From the NCBI GenBank assembly GCA_002427325.1, contig DIQS01000033.1:37396-76523 (forward strand): a DNA stretch of 39,128 nucleotides, written 5' to 3'. Below are positions 1-8,838 of this stretch, piece by piece. A model generated the notes under the pieces. The model was given only the letters and a program-made list of their open reading frames with translations, had not been told where the DNA came from and made no database searches. Every line of letters begins with the position of its first letter. Within the stretch, counting starts at the first letter, position 1. Source of the stretch: Cloacimonetes bacterium UBA5456. Lineage in GTDB: Bacteria; Cloacimonadota; Cloacimonadia; Cloacimonadales; Cloacimonadaceae. A program made the position numbers and the translations under genes.

Positions 1-32
1 ATCATGACCAGAACCCAGTAAGGAAGCTATGG
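1..32 (+). repeat. Copy A of a ~106-nt palindromic intergenic repeat family; only the 3' part is present because the window edge cuts it
   Basis: nt 1-27 (atcatgaccagaacccagtaaggaagc) are identical to 14999-15025. The first 26 nt are also identical to 38493-38518. The copy lies 3' of the minus-strand CDS ending at 136. Confidence 0.8.
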
Positions 33-135
33 AAAATAGGCTGGAATTCGACAAGGGCGGGTGAGCAAATTTGAGAGGAATCTCGTACGATATTAATGAC
101 ACAACTAATCGTCCCATTCTTTGCCTTGGAAATGG

Positions 136-1188
136 TCACTGAGAATAATCACTCTCAAAAAGGTCCGCCACATACCCAAAAAATTCGTCATTTGTGTATT
201 GGTGGCAAAGCCTCAACAGATATATGTGCACGGTGTGGTAATCGGGAAATTTCCGCCGTAGTCGCAGGCAATAAGCACTGACATCAGATGGATTACGATA
301 CTTTAGAACTTGGTCTTTCACGCTGCTGAGTTCCATGCTGAAAAGCCGACGCGCATGTTCGGAATCAAAAACCCACCAATAATCATACAAACCCATGGCG
401 CCGATGATGGAGCCATTGAGCACAAAACGTCGCGGTGCATAAGGATATTCATCCACCCAATAATATGTTCCTTCTCCAAAAAGTTCATCATTATTCGCGA
501 TCATCACAGTGCTCTTAGGACTCGTAAAATCTGTAAAAGTGTAGAAGATGGAATCTGCTGCGGCGGCAAAAAGAGGATTTGAGGTATAGTGATATAATCG
601 GCTATATGCAGAAAGAGCCGTGCCTTGCGCCATGCCGGAATACCAGGGTGCATGATAGGTAAAGCCGGAGCTCGTGAAAGTGAAATCATAGACAAACCAG
701 ATGCCCTCACCTTCTCGGTGGGCACGAAGGCGCAAAGCTTCCATGGTCTTAATGGCGTGATTTAGATAGCGCTCTTCCTTTGTATGACTATAATCCGACA
801 GGGCTTCGAGGGCTTTGTAGCTGAGGTTTACGGGATGATAATAACTTTTGTCTTTCCACATAAAAAGACTTACCCCGTTTGAATCTGCCGGCGTGGCATT
901 GATGGTGTCAAAGATGCGTTCGCGGTTTTTGAAAAGACTGCCGTAATCAACCTTTTGTAGCTGAAACTCATAGTCTATCACCTGATCCAAATATGAAAAA
1001 GATGTGGGTTTGCTGCAAGAAACCAGTAATAGTAACATGATCGGGACCATCATGCAATATCTGATTATATTCACCTTTTTCTTATCTAAGAGGCGTCCAA
1101 ATCTTGAGCTAAACCCAAACAGATTAAAGTCTCTGCCGAAGTTTTTGGAAGAACTGCGTCTTGCGCTAACTACTAAGGTTTTCTTCAT
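136..1188 (-). CDS. Membrane-anchored or lipoprotein-like protein with a D-glucuronyl C5-epimerase C-terminal-like domain
   Basis: 350-aa ORF. The ATG at 1188 is preceded by AGGAGT with a 4-nt spacer. A hydrophobic segment ends in a lipobox-like LLLLVSC. The block PWYSGMAQGTALSAYSRLY ... VDEYPY ... VLNGSIIGAMGLYDYW matches the hallmark pattern of the C5-epimerase C-terminal family (Pfam C5-epim_C), from memory. Confidence 0.75.
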   Translation of the reverse strand: MKKTLVVSARRSSSKNFGRDFNLFGFSSRFGRLLDKKKVNIIRYCMMVPIMLLLLVSCSKPTSFSYLDQVIDYEFQLQKVDYGSLFKNRERIFDTINATPADSNGVSLFMWKDKSYYHPVNLSYKALEALSDYSHTKEERYLNHAIKTMEALRLRAHREGEGIWFVYDFTFTSSGFTYHAPWYSGMAQGTALSAYSRLYHYTSNPLFAAAADSIFYTFTDFTSPKSTVMIANNDELFGEGTYYWVDEYPYAPRRFVLNGSIIGAMGLYDYWWVFDSEHARRLFSMELSSVKDQVLKYRNPSDVSAYCLRLRRKFPDYHTVHIYLLRLCHQYTNDEFFGYVADLFESDYSQ

Positions 1189-1227
1189 CTTGACTCCTGT
1201 TTTATTTGATTATTATCTTTGCAAGCT

Positions 1228-1255
1228 ATGATAAGAAATTGTCATATTTAGTCAA
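1228..1255 (-). promoter_or_regulatory. Candidate sigma70-type promoter for the epimerase-like gene
   Basis: On the minus strand: TTGACT (1255-1250), 16-nt spacer, TATCAT (1233-1228), about 40 nt upstream of the ATG at 1188. Confidence 0.4.
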
Positions 1256-1303
1256 TCTCAATTATTGTGCTTTGCTTTGTCTATTTTGGTTTGTGAACGA
1301 GAT

Positions 1304-1684
1304 TTAGAGAATAGGTAAAAAAGCATCGATAAAGTGTTTTATGTTGTAAGTGTGATCTTTTCTATCGTGTAAGACGATAATCACATCAAATCTCGATTCA
1401 TAGTTGGCGAATTGGTCATTTTGGTTATAATATTCTAACGCTGCAAGCGAAATCCTGCGTTGTTTATGGTAATTCACGCTTTCAGCGGCACTTTCTACGG
1501 AGAAAAAAGAACGAGTTTTTACTTCAACAAATACCAAGTGTTGATCTTTTTCTACAATGATATCGACCTCTCCTTGACGTGTGCGAAAATTGGTGCATAG
1601 CACTGTGTATCCACAAGTTAGGAGATATTCAGCCGCTCTCTTTTCGCCAGCAGAAGCCAATATTTGTTTATTGTTTTTATTCAT
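1304..1684 (-). CDS. yraN: YraN family (UPF0102) endonuclease-like protein
   Basis: 126 aa. GEKRAAEYLLTCGYTVLCTNFRTRQGEVDIIVEKDQHLVFVEVKTRS is the typical YraN/UPF0102 core (E-x-D...E-V-K). Confidence 0.85.
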   Translation of the reverse strand: MNKNNKQILASAGEKRAAEYLLTCGYTVLCTNFRTRQGEVDIIVEKDQHLVFVEVKTRSFFSVESAAESVNYHKQRRISLAALEYYNQNDQFANYESRFDVIIVLHDRKDHTYNIKHFIDAFLPIL

Positions 1685-1771
1685 GACGCAAGAAAAAGCT
1701 TGACGGATAACTTGTCAATGGTATTTGTAGCTCATGATTGTAATCGCATCATAAAACTAATAATTAAACAT

Positions 1772-1787
1772 CACCTCGCATGAGGTG
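1772..1787 (+). promoter_or_regulatory. Hairpin CACCTC-gcat-GAGGTG abutting the SD of the first operon gene
   Basis: Perfect 6-bp stem at 1772-1777/1782-1787. The 3' arm runs into GGAGGG (SD), 4 nt before the ATG at 1797. Confidence 0.3.
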
Positions 1788-1796
1788 GAGGGAAGT

Positions 1797-2834
1797 ATGA
1801 AAAAAGTTATTTTGACACTTATCGTTGTTTCAACGATGTTTGGTCTGTTAAATGCAGCGCCATTTCAGACCCTTGGCATGCTGAGAACGCCAGACGCGTA
1901 TGTTTTGCCACACAAAGCAGCAGAATTTATGGTCGCAGGATACTATCTTGATATTGCCCAACCGCAAGATGCGGCATTTAAGGGCTTTATGCCTTATGCA
2001 ATGGTGGGAGCCGGCATATTAGACCGTTTAGAAATCGGTGCATTTGTCGGAAGCAAGGTCAACGATGAGCCTATGGTTTATTTTCTCAATGCAAAAGTAA
2101 AGATTTTGGAAGAGACAAACACCCTTCCGCAATTTGCACTTGGAATGGACAACATCCTCTCCAGCCAGAAGTATCATAATGGTCTTAACCTAAATCCCGG
2201 CGATGATTTTTATACCCATCCGGATAAGACCGACTATGAAAACTATTCAATCTATGGAGTTGTCTCGAAGCAGGCTTATTTCCTCGGTATGCCTTGGATG
2301 TTGAATGTTGGCATGGGATCAAATCGCTTTGCAGGACAGGTTAAACGCTCTCGTATCCTTCAATCAAGCTTTGTTTCTGCTGAGTTTTCACCCGTCAACA
2401 ATCTCGCTATTCAAGGCGAATTTGACGGTGCAGACTTTAATCTGGGTTTGAGATACAGCTATGATAATTTCTCATTCAAGCTGGGTGCTCAGTCCGTGGA
2501 AGACTTAGCGAAAAACAATGGCTATGAAGACAACCTTCGCGTTGCTTTCGCTGTTTCTTATCTCTTTGACAAGTATGCCGAAGCTCATCGCCGTCCTCAG
2601 CTTAGCAGCCTTAACAAGCCTGGAATGACCGGCGGCACTGTTGACGTTGGTTCCCAAGGTCAGGCCGGTGGGGTCGTTGTACCGCCCACAGGTTCCACGG
2701 GCACCGCACAAAGCATGCTTTCACCTGAAGTAAGAAACTTGTTAGAAGAGCTCAGAATCTTACGTGAAGAACGCAGTAAAGCACAGAAATCTTTGGACGA
2801 CTTACGTCTGCTTATCCAAGAACTGAAACAATAA
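1797..2834 (+). CDS. Putative outer-membrane beta-barrel protein with a Gly/Pro-rich linker and a C-terminal coiled-coil tail
   Basis: The ATG at 1797 is preceded by GGAGGG (the ORF track starts at GTG 1785). Signal peptide MKKVILTLIVVSTMFGLLNA. Alternating hydrophobic beta-strand patterns end in an internal beta-signal-like VAFAVSYLF. About 85 aa follow: GGTVDVGSQGQAGGVVVPPTGSTG, then the heptad-like EVRNLLEELRILREERSKAQKSLDDLRLLIQELKQ. Confidence 0.7.
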   Translation: MKKVILTLIVVSTMFGLLNAAPFQTLGMLRTPDAYVLPHKAAEFMVAGYYLDIAQPQDAAFKGFMPYAMVGAGILDRLEIGAFVGSKVNDEPMVYFLNAKVKILEETNTLPQFALGMDNILSSQKYHNGLNLNPGDDFYTHPDKTDYENYSIYGVVSKQAYFLGMPWMLNVGMGSNRFAGQVKRSRILQSSFVSAEFSPVNNLAIQGEFDGADFNLGLRYSYDNFSFKLGAQSVEDLAKNNGYEDNLRVAFAVSYLFDKYAEAHRRPQLSSLNKPGMTGGTVDVGSQGQAGGVVVPPTGSTGTAQSMLSPEVRNLLEELRILREERSKAQKSLDDLRLLIQELKQ

Positions 2835-2899
2835 CTAACATGTATATTGTGTAGCGTGGTGTGTAGGATTCATGCTTCCTAAACCCTTAATAGAAGTGC

Positions 2900-2926
2900 G
2901 CCAGGATGTTTCACAAGCATCCTGGC
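2900..2926 (+). other. Intercistronic hairpin (9-bp stem, no U-tract) between the barrel gene and the giant gene
   Basis: GCCAGGATG (2900-2908) pairs with CATCCTGGC (2918-2926). It is followed by acgctattgaag, so it is not a canonical intrinsic terminator. Confidence 0.4.
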
Positions 2927-2985
2927 ACGCTATTGAAGACGGCTTTATGCCATTGAACTTCTTGTGAGTAAAAAGTGAGCAGGTT

Positions 2986-5900
2986 ATGAGAAATTTTATA
3001 AAAGTATTCTTGATGATACTCTTGTTGCAGGCTTGTCTGTCTCTTGCCAATGCCTTCATCGAAAACCTTAGTGAAGAAGAGATATTAATCCTTGCCGAAG
3101 AGTTGCAAGAAGAAGACATAGAGATGCTTATGGAATTCATAAGCGAAGAAAAGCAGATGATGAGAGAGCTTTCAAAACAGTTCCTGATCGACGAGCTTCC
3201 CCAACTAATAGCACTTGATCCAGAGCAAGCAGGAATAGCATTGGAGAGCTTTTCCGAATCTTTCAACTATATGAGAGATGAGGAAGTCAGGTATCTTTTG
3301 GGACATCTCTATGCGCGTATAGGCCAGACGGATAGGGCTATTGACACCTTTGCCGCTTTGCTCGAAACAGATTTTGATCTTGATTCACGGAAAATGATGG
3401 GACTCATGTTCCACAGCATCTTGTCTGAACTCATAGAAGCGGGAGAAAATGAACTGTCATTCCGCTATCTGAATACTATCCTCAGCCACGGATTGGTGTC
3501 TGATGAACTCATACTCAGTTATCTCTATCTTTTTTCTGAATTAAATCAGGACAAACAAGATGTGCTCAGCACCATCCAATCCTATATGGAGAACAATGGA
3601 ACCCTGCTTGAAGTGATCCTTCCAGTTAAAAACTCAGTGTTATCCAGATTGGAACAAATTGATTTTGAAACTTTTTATCAGAACCCAAGTGAAAACAACC
3701 TTAAAGCTATTATCCGAGATATAGACCAAATTGAGATAGACCTTGGTGCATTAAATAGCATCGTTCAAGAAATGCCGAACACCTTGTTTAAGCCTCGCTT
3801 GAACAAGCAACATAAATCTGAGGTCAAGAAGCTCCAGGAGCTTAGAGACCATCTTACTGTGTATGCCGGAGTGCCTTTGCTCTCCGAACGGGTTCAAGAC
3901 CAAACTTTGGATATTATCGCACAAATCCGCGTAAGCATACAACAATACTATCGCACTCTTGACATCATTGAAGCCTATTTGAACAAATATTATGCAGACT
4001 ATGAGGCAGGCCTCCTTGTTGAAGATGAAATCTTTATGGGTGACCTCTATCTTGACAGTGCAATCCAGTTGGAGCAGACGGTTAAGATCTATGAAGAAAT
4101 GCTTGAGATCCTCGACGAACTGCTTTTGGAAGATATCGAAGCTGGATACCTCGAAGAACTGAGACAACAGCGTGAAGAGATCGTATCGGAAAAAGCTCGC
4201 ATCGAAGCTGCTCATAGAGAACTGCTCGCAAACGTTGAATTTGAGAGTAGCGAAGATATGATTATCTTTGAAGAGCTGCTTGACGGATATAACGACATTC
4301 AAGAAGAAGCTCGCCTAATGACCTTGATCTGTGACGAGATAGAAGATTTTGTGATGAACGATATGACAGACATCTTGGGCGTTGATCTCAAGCAAGCAAA
4401 GATTGATAGAGTAGATACCGGCATTCAAGAGCTTTTGGCGGATCAAGGTCTTATTGATGAGCTTGGCCAAGCTTATGAACAGTCTGTCACCGAGCTTGAC
4501 TTCATCACTCTCAAGCTAAAATATCGTCGCCAGATCGATGAATATGAAGCTTTTATCGCCACACAAAATGAACTTAGCGATGATGAGCTATTTGAAAACC
4601 AAGCAATACAGCGCGGTAAACTCTCTGCAATAGCTAACGAAATTGAGGCCTTCCGCAGAGAACATCCCAATTATCAGGGGATGATTCAGCCCACCGGGAT
4701 ATATTTTGCACAAGAAGCTGACCTTCATTATATGTTGGGTGAATTAGAGTATTATGCTCATCCCGAAGATATGACGATCGCACAGAATCATTTCCGCAGC
4801 GCTCTTAGATTAGATCCGAAATTCCCCGATAGAGACCTCGCTCTTTATAACCTTGCCTTCATCAGCACTGAACTCATCAGACAAGAAGTGGATAACAACA
4901 AGATTAGCTATCGCATGAATGCAAGAGTCAATGAAGAGCCTCCGGCAAACAGCATCTATTCCGTGGCAAACTTTGCCGAACCTTTTAACGCTCTTACCGA
5001 GATCGTGAATAACTATCCGAATTCAAAAATGCATGAAGATGCAATATATCGTCTCGGTCTTTTGAACTTTAGCTTTGCTCGCGACTCGAAAGACCCCGAG
5101 CAATATGAAGATGCTGCACTTGCCCACTTCAACCAGATCATTGCCAATGAGGATAGTCCTCTTTATTATGAGGCACTTTATCAGCGTGGTTGGGTTCGCA
5201 TGAACAGCTTTGAACACGATGTCTTGCGCCAGGCTATGGACGACTTTGTTTATATCCTCTTGGCCATCGATGCAGGTCACATAGAAGACCCTCAACTCGT
5301 GGCTGACTATCGTCAAGACGCCGTGGATAACATCGCCTACTGTCTCATTGCTTTTGACGGAACAGACTTCTATTCCCAGACCAAGAGTGTGGCTGAAGTT
5401 CAAAGAGTCTTCAATAACTATAGCAATGAAGAGGTGATGGAGCAGATCATTGACGGCGCAATTCGCAACAAGTTAGACCTCAGCGCATCCACGCAGGCTG
5501 TTGACCTGTTGGAACTCAAGCTGAATGCAGTCCCTTATTCCTATTATAATCCCGTCATCCTCGACTCTATCTTGGTTCTCTATCACAATGCCGGACAGGA
5601 ATTGCGCGATGACCAAGACCTTGATGCCATCACTCAGAACATCTATCAGAGAATGATTGATGAATATGGCTATGGTAGTAAATGGTATGACGTTAACAAA
5701 GATAAAGAAATCAGCCGTCAGCTTGACATCATAGAAAATGCTTATTCCCAAAAAGCTATTCGCTTGTTCAACAATTTTGCCAATAACATTGGACATGAGA
5801 CCCTAAACAATTATGACAAGCACATGGCAGTGTTTGAAAAATATGCAGAGCTGCACAATGATGACTATCTTGCCTTCAAGGCAGAACGTGATAGTGTCAT

Positions 5901-8838
5901 GGTGTTTAACTATGCAGTTTTGGCTTCAACAACCGAAGATTCAAAAGACTTTGTCTTGGCAATATCCAAGCTGAACGAATATAACGATAAATATCCCCAC
6001 AACACACGTTTCTTCGAATATGAGCAAATGACACTGGAATATGCCAAGGCTCTCTTCGTCAGAGCTCAAAATAACTTTGCTGACCCAGATTTTGTTCCCG
6101 TCGAAGGTGATTTTACTGACGAAGATGAGGCCTTCACATTCCTGCAAAATAGAACTACTCGATATATGAACGTTATTCGCCAAGAAGAATATTACACTGC
6201 TCAGAGACTCAGAGAAGCAAACGATCTGATTTTGCTCTTGGCAGATACTCAATTCATGCGCGAAAAATTGCCCGAGGCTACTCAGCTCTATTTGCAGGCT
6301 CTTCAAGAAGAAGATATCATGACAAATAGCCAAAAGAGAGAAACCTATCTCAAGCTTGCCGACATGAGTGAGCGTCAAGGTGAATATGCCAAGTCTGAGG
6401 GATGGTTCCGTCAAGCATTGGCATATGCCCAAAACTCTGAAGATGAAGCAAACATCAGACAGGATATCTTAGTTCAGATTCAAAACAGCTTTGAAAAAGC
6501 CAGCGAAAGCGGCGACTTCATCACAGAAGCTAATGAGCGTTTGCGCCTTGCTGCTGAGATGGGAGCCGGACGCGGCATTGAAGTCTTGGGTCAAAAGAAC
6601 GCTGCTGTGGAAGCTTTCACAAAAGCCGGAGCCTATCAACAGGCAATTGATCTCTTGATGGAATTAGCTGAAACTGACGATACTATCGATGCAGTGTATT
6701 ACCGCTATCACCAAGCCATCGAGATTGCAGAAGAAAAGATGCTCGACAAGGAATATGCCCAGGCTCTCGAATCAGAGTTTTTGACAAAGTATCCTGCAAG
6801 CCTCTATGCCTTCCAGTTGCGCTTGGCTTCAGTAAGTCGCAAAGCAGTGGCAGAAGAGCATGTTCAAGCCGCAGAAGGCTTCTTACAGCTCTTTAATGAA
6901 GCCAGAGCAAACACCATCGACTATGGTGACCAAGTGGTCAGCGAATTGCTCATGGACGCTATCCTGATGAACAGCAGAGCAAACCGCATTGAAGAAGAGT
7001 ACCGTTTGTGCCATCAATTCATTGAGCTTTACCCCGAGCTTCCCGAAGCACTGATATATCTTGAACACATGGTTGTGGGACACAGAGACAGAAATGAGAT
7101 GGACGAACATCTTCGTCTTGCCAAAGAACTCATGAAAAAAGATCCCTCGAAAGATGGATATTATAAATATTATGCCAATAGTGAGCTTCACAAGGTCGCT
7201 TTGCGCTTTGACGAAGCCTACATCGAAAAGGATTATACCCAAGCATTTGCTATCCGTGATGAATATCGCACAATGCAACATGGCTTTGAAAATGAGGGGC
7301 TGAGTTTTGATAACCAAGCTGTCTATAATATCTTTGCCCAAGTTCAGGCAGAATATGATGAGCTGCAGCGCAAGCTTGCCTATCTCAAGAGTTTTGACGA
7401 TAAGCTCAGTGCCATTGAGCACGGAGACTTCATGAGTAAGACTCCGAATCAGCACGTGAGAGTAAACAATCTTACGACATGGAATAGAAACTTAGAGAAC
7501 GGCGACCGTCGCATTCCGCTCTTTAACACGGCAACCTCTGCCGAAGTTAAAAAGGTGGAGAAGATTCTCAACGATGGCTTTGCCTCCGGATACTACTTAG
7601 ACAATGACCGCATCACGAGATCCTATAATCTCATGGCTAAAATCCATGAAAAAGCTGTAGATGTGTTGGACACACAAGTAAGAAGCTATTGGGAAATCAC
7701 CGGTGAAGGTCGTGAAAATAGAAATTACTATGGCGAAAACTTCGGGATTCTCGTAGAACAGACTGTCTGGCAACAGATCTTGCCTCATATTCAAGCATCT
7801 CTTGGCTATCACTCTTTTCTACATACAAACTATTATTTAGCGGGTTATGAAAACAGCTTTACGGAAGCTGCAATCACAGCCCTGAACAAATATGAACAGA
7901 TTCCTGAATATCGCACCGTGGACTATGTGCTCGACAACCAGTGGCAGATCACCGGCAATCCTCAGAGTGCAGACACAAACATCACGCAGATCAGGACTCC
8001 AAAGAATGTAGCTTTGGGTAGCATCAACGTTCCTGCCGAGAACACTCTCACCATCTCTCGCAGCCTGCAGTTTGACTTAGAGCCTGACTTTGCTCTACTT
8101 CAGCTCATCTTCCCTCTTGAAATGGATATCTGGGTTAATGGCAGTGCTGTGAGTTCCAGTTGGGTGCCCGTTGATACTTTGGACACAAAGAATGCTGATA
8201 CCACACGTTATAGTTATATGATCGACGGTTCATATTTTGCCCCCGGTGGAAATGAACTGCAGATTGTCTTTAACAATAACGACTCATCAAGTTTGCAGGC
8301 AGCCGCTGCAGTGAAGCTCTTCACCTCACGCGCACGCATCTTGGAGAACATTCCTCCCGTCAGTCAGAGCATTAGCAGCTCGACGAACTGGATTGTTTAC
8401 CACGTCGATGATGAAGGTGAGGAGATCAGACAAAGAGCAAATCTTGCTGAGAATTGGAACATCGAAAACGAAAACCTCTTCGACTGGGAGATCGCAGAAG
8501 CACTGCCGATCTGGATAGTCGAAGATGAAGAAACAACTATAAATAACATCGTATTTGAAACGGAATTCATGATTGACACTCAATTCCTTGAAGGCATGAT
8601 CGACATCATTGCGCCCGAATCTGTCACCGTCTATCTAAATGACGTAGAAATAGGTGGAGCAATGTTTGACTATGATCCCGAGCCTCTCACGGTCTATAAG
8701 AGTCAAATACTAATCGAGCCACATCAGGTGGTGGAAGGACGAAACGTATTGCGTTTTGAAGTGGAAAACTTCAGCGAATACCGTGGAATCATGGCAAACA
8801 TCCATTACCTCGTTGCCGGTAAGGAGGAAATCAGATGA
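2986..8838 (+). CDS. Giant (1950 aa) secreted or lipoprotein-like protein: acidic N-terminal segment, long helical TPR-like region, two C-terminal beta-sandwich (galactose-binding-like) domains
   Basis: Uninterrupted 5853-nt ORF. Signal peptide MRNFIKVFLMILLLQACLSLANA. TPR-like units include LLGHLYARIGQTDRAIDTFAALLE, NHFRSALRLDPKFPDRDLALYNLAF and KLADMSERQGEYAKSEGWFRQALAYA. The C terminus is beta-rich, with DIWVNGSAVSS...GGNELQIVFNN and VTVYLNDVEIGG...EGRNVLRFEVENF. Confidence 0.85.
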   Translation: MRNFIKVFLMILLLQACLSLANAFIENLSEEEILILAEELQEEDIEMLMEFISEEKQMMRELSKQFLIDELPQLIALDPEQAGIALESFSESFNYMRDEEVRYLLGHLYARIGQTDRAIDTFAALLETDFDLDSRKMMGLMFHSILSELIEAGENELSFRYLNTILSHGLVSDELILSYLYLFSELNQDKQDVLSTIQSYMENNGTLLEVILPVKNSVLSRLEQIDFETFYQNPSENNLKAIIRDIDQIEIDLGALNSIVQEMPNTLFKPRLNKQHKSEVKKLQELRDHLTVYAGVPLLSERVQDQTLDIIAQIRVSIQQYYRTLDIIEAYLNKYYADYEAGLLVEDEIFMGDLYLDSAIQLEQTVKIYEEMLEILDELLLEDIEAGYLEELRQQREEIVSEKARIEAAHRELLANVEFESSEDMIIFEELLDGYNDIQEEARLMTLICDEIEDFVMNDMTDILGVDLKQAKIDRVDTGIQELLADQGLIDELGQAYEQSVTELDFITLKLKYRRQIDEYEAFIATQNELSDDELFENQAIQRGKLSAIANEIEAFRREHPNYQGMIQPTGIYFAQEADLHYMLGELEYYAHPEDMTIAQNHFRSALRLDPKFPDRDLALYNLAFISTELIRQEVDNNKISYRMNARVNEEPPANSIYSVANFAEPFNALTEIVNNYPNSKMHEDAIYRLGLLNFSFARDSKDPEQYEDAALAHFNQIIANEDSPLYYEALYQRGWVRMNSFEHDVLRQAMDDFVYILLAIDAGHIEDPQLVADYRQDAVDNIAYCLIAFDGTDFYSQTKSVAEVQRVFNNYSNEEVMEQIIDGAIRNKLDLSASTQAVDLLELKLNAVPYSYYNPVILDSILVLYHNAGQELRDDQDLDAITQNIYQRMIDEYGYGSKWYDVNKDKEISRQLDIIENAYSQKAIRLFNNFANNIGHETLNNYDKHMAVFEKYAELHNDDYLAFKAERDSVMVFNYAVLASTTEDSKDFVLAISKLNEYNDKYPHNTRFFEYEQMTLEYAKALFVRAQNNFADPDFVPVEGDFTDEDEAFTFLQNRTTRYMNVIRQEEYYTAQRLREANDLILLLADTQFMREKLPEATQLYLQALQEEDIMTNSQKRETYLKLADMSERQGEYAKSEGWFRQALAYAQNSEDEANIRQDILVQIQNSFEKASESGDFITEANERLRLAAEMGAGRGIEVLGQKNAAVEAFTKAGAYQQAIDLLMELAETDDTIDAVYYRYHQAIEIAEEKMLDKEYAQALESEFLTKYPASLYAFQLRLASVSRKAVAEEHVQAAEGFLQLFNEARANTIDYGDQVVSELLMDAILMNSRANRIEEEYRLCHQFIELYPELPEALIYLEHMVVGHRDRNEMDEHLRLAKELMKKDPSKDGYYKYYANSELHKVALRFDEAYIEKDYTQAFAIRDEYRTMQHGFENEGLSFDNQAVYNIFAQVQAEYDELQRKLAYLKSFDDKLSAIEHGDFMSKTPNQHVRVNNLTTWNRNLENGDRRIPLFNTATSAEVKKVEKILNDGFASGYYLDNDRITRSYNLMAKIHEKAVDVLDTQVRSYWEITGEGRENRNYYGENFGILVEQTVWQQILPHIQASLGYHSFLHTNYYLAGYENSFTEAAITALNKYEQIPEYRTVDYVLDNQWQITGNPQSADTNITQIRTPKNVALGSINVPAENTLTISRSLQFDLEPDFALLQLIFPLEMDIWVNGSAVSSSWVPVDTLDTKNADTTRYSYMIDGSYFAPGGNELQIVFNNNDSSSLQAAAAVKLFTSRARILENIPPVSQSISSSTNWIVYHVDDEGEEIRQRANLAENWNIENENLFDWEIAEALPIWIVEDEETTINNIVFETEFMIDTQFLEGMIDIIAPESVTVYLNDVEIGGAMFDYDPEPLTVYKSQILIEPHQVVEGRNVLRFEVENFSEYRGIMANIHYLVAGKEEIR

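Noticed and set aside
96-725. Plus- and minus-strand short ORFs (96-281, 310-582, 504-725)
   Set aside because: They overlap, or lie antisense or out of frame to, the well-supported epimerase-like CDS. They have no motifs or RBS.
1050-1055. Internal Met-Met as an alternative start of the epimerase-like gene, which would give a short lipoprotein leader
   Set aside because: The upstream ATG at 1188 has a strong AGGAG SD and the internal Mets have none. I kept it only as a caveat.
2921-2937. Sigma54-like -24 element CTGGCACG upstream of the giant gene
   Set aside because: The -12 element fails. TGGCACG-ctat-TGAA lacks the GC dinucleotide, and the alternative TTGA is one nt out of register. Sigma54 promoters are intolerant to both defects.
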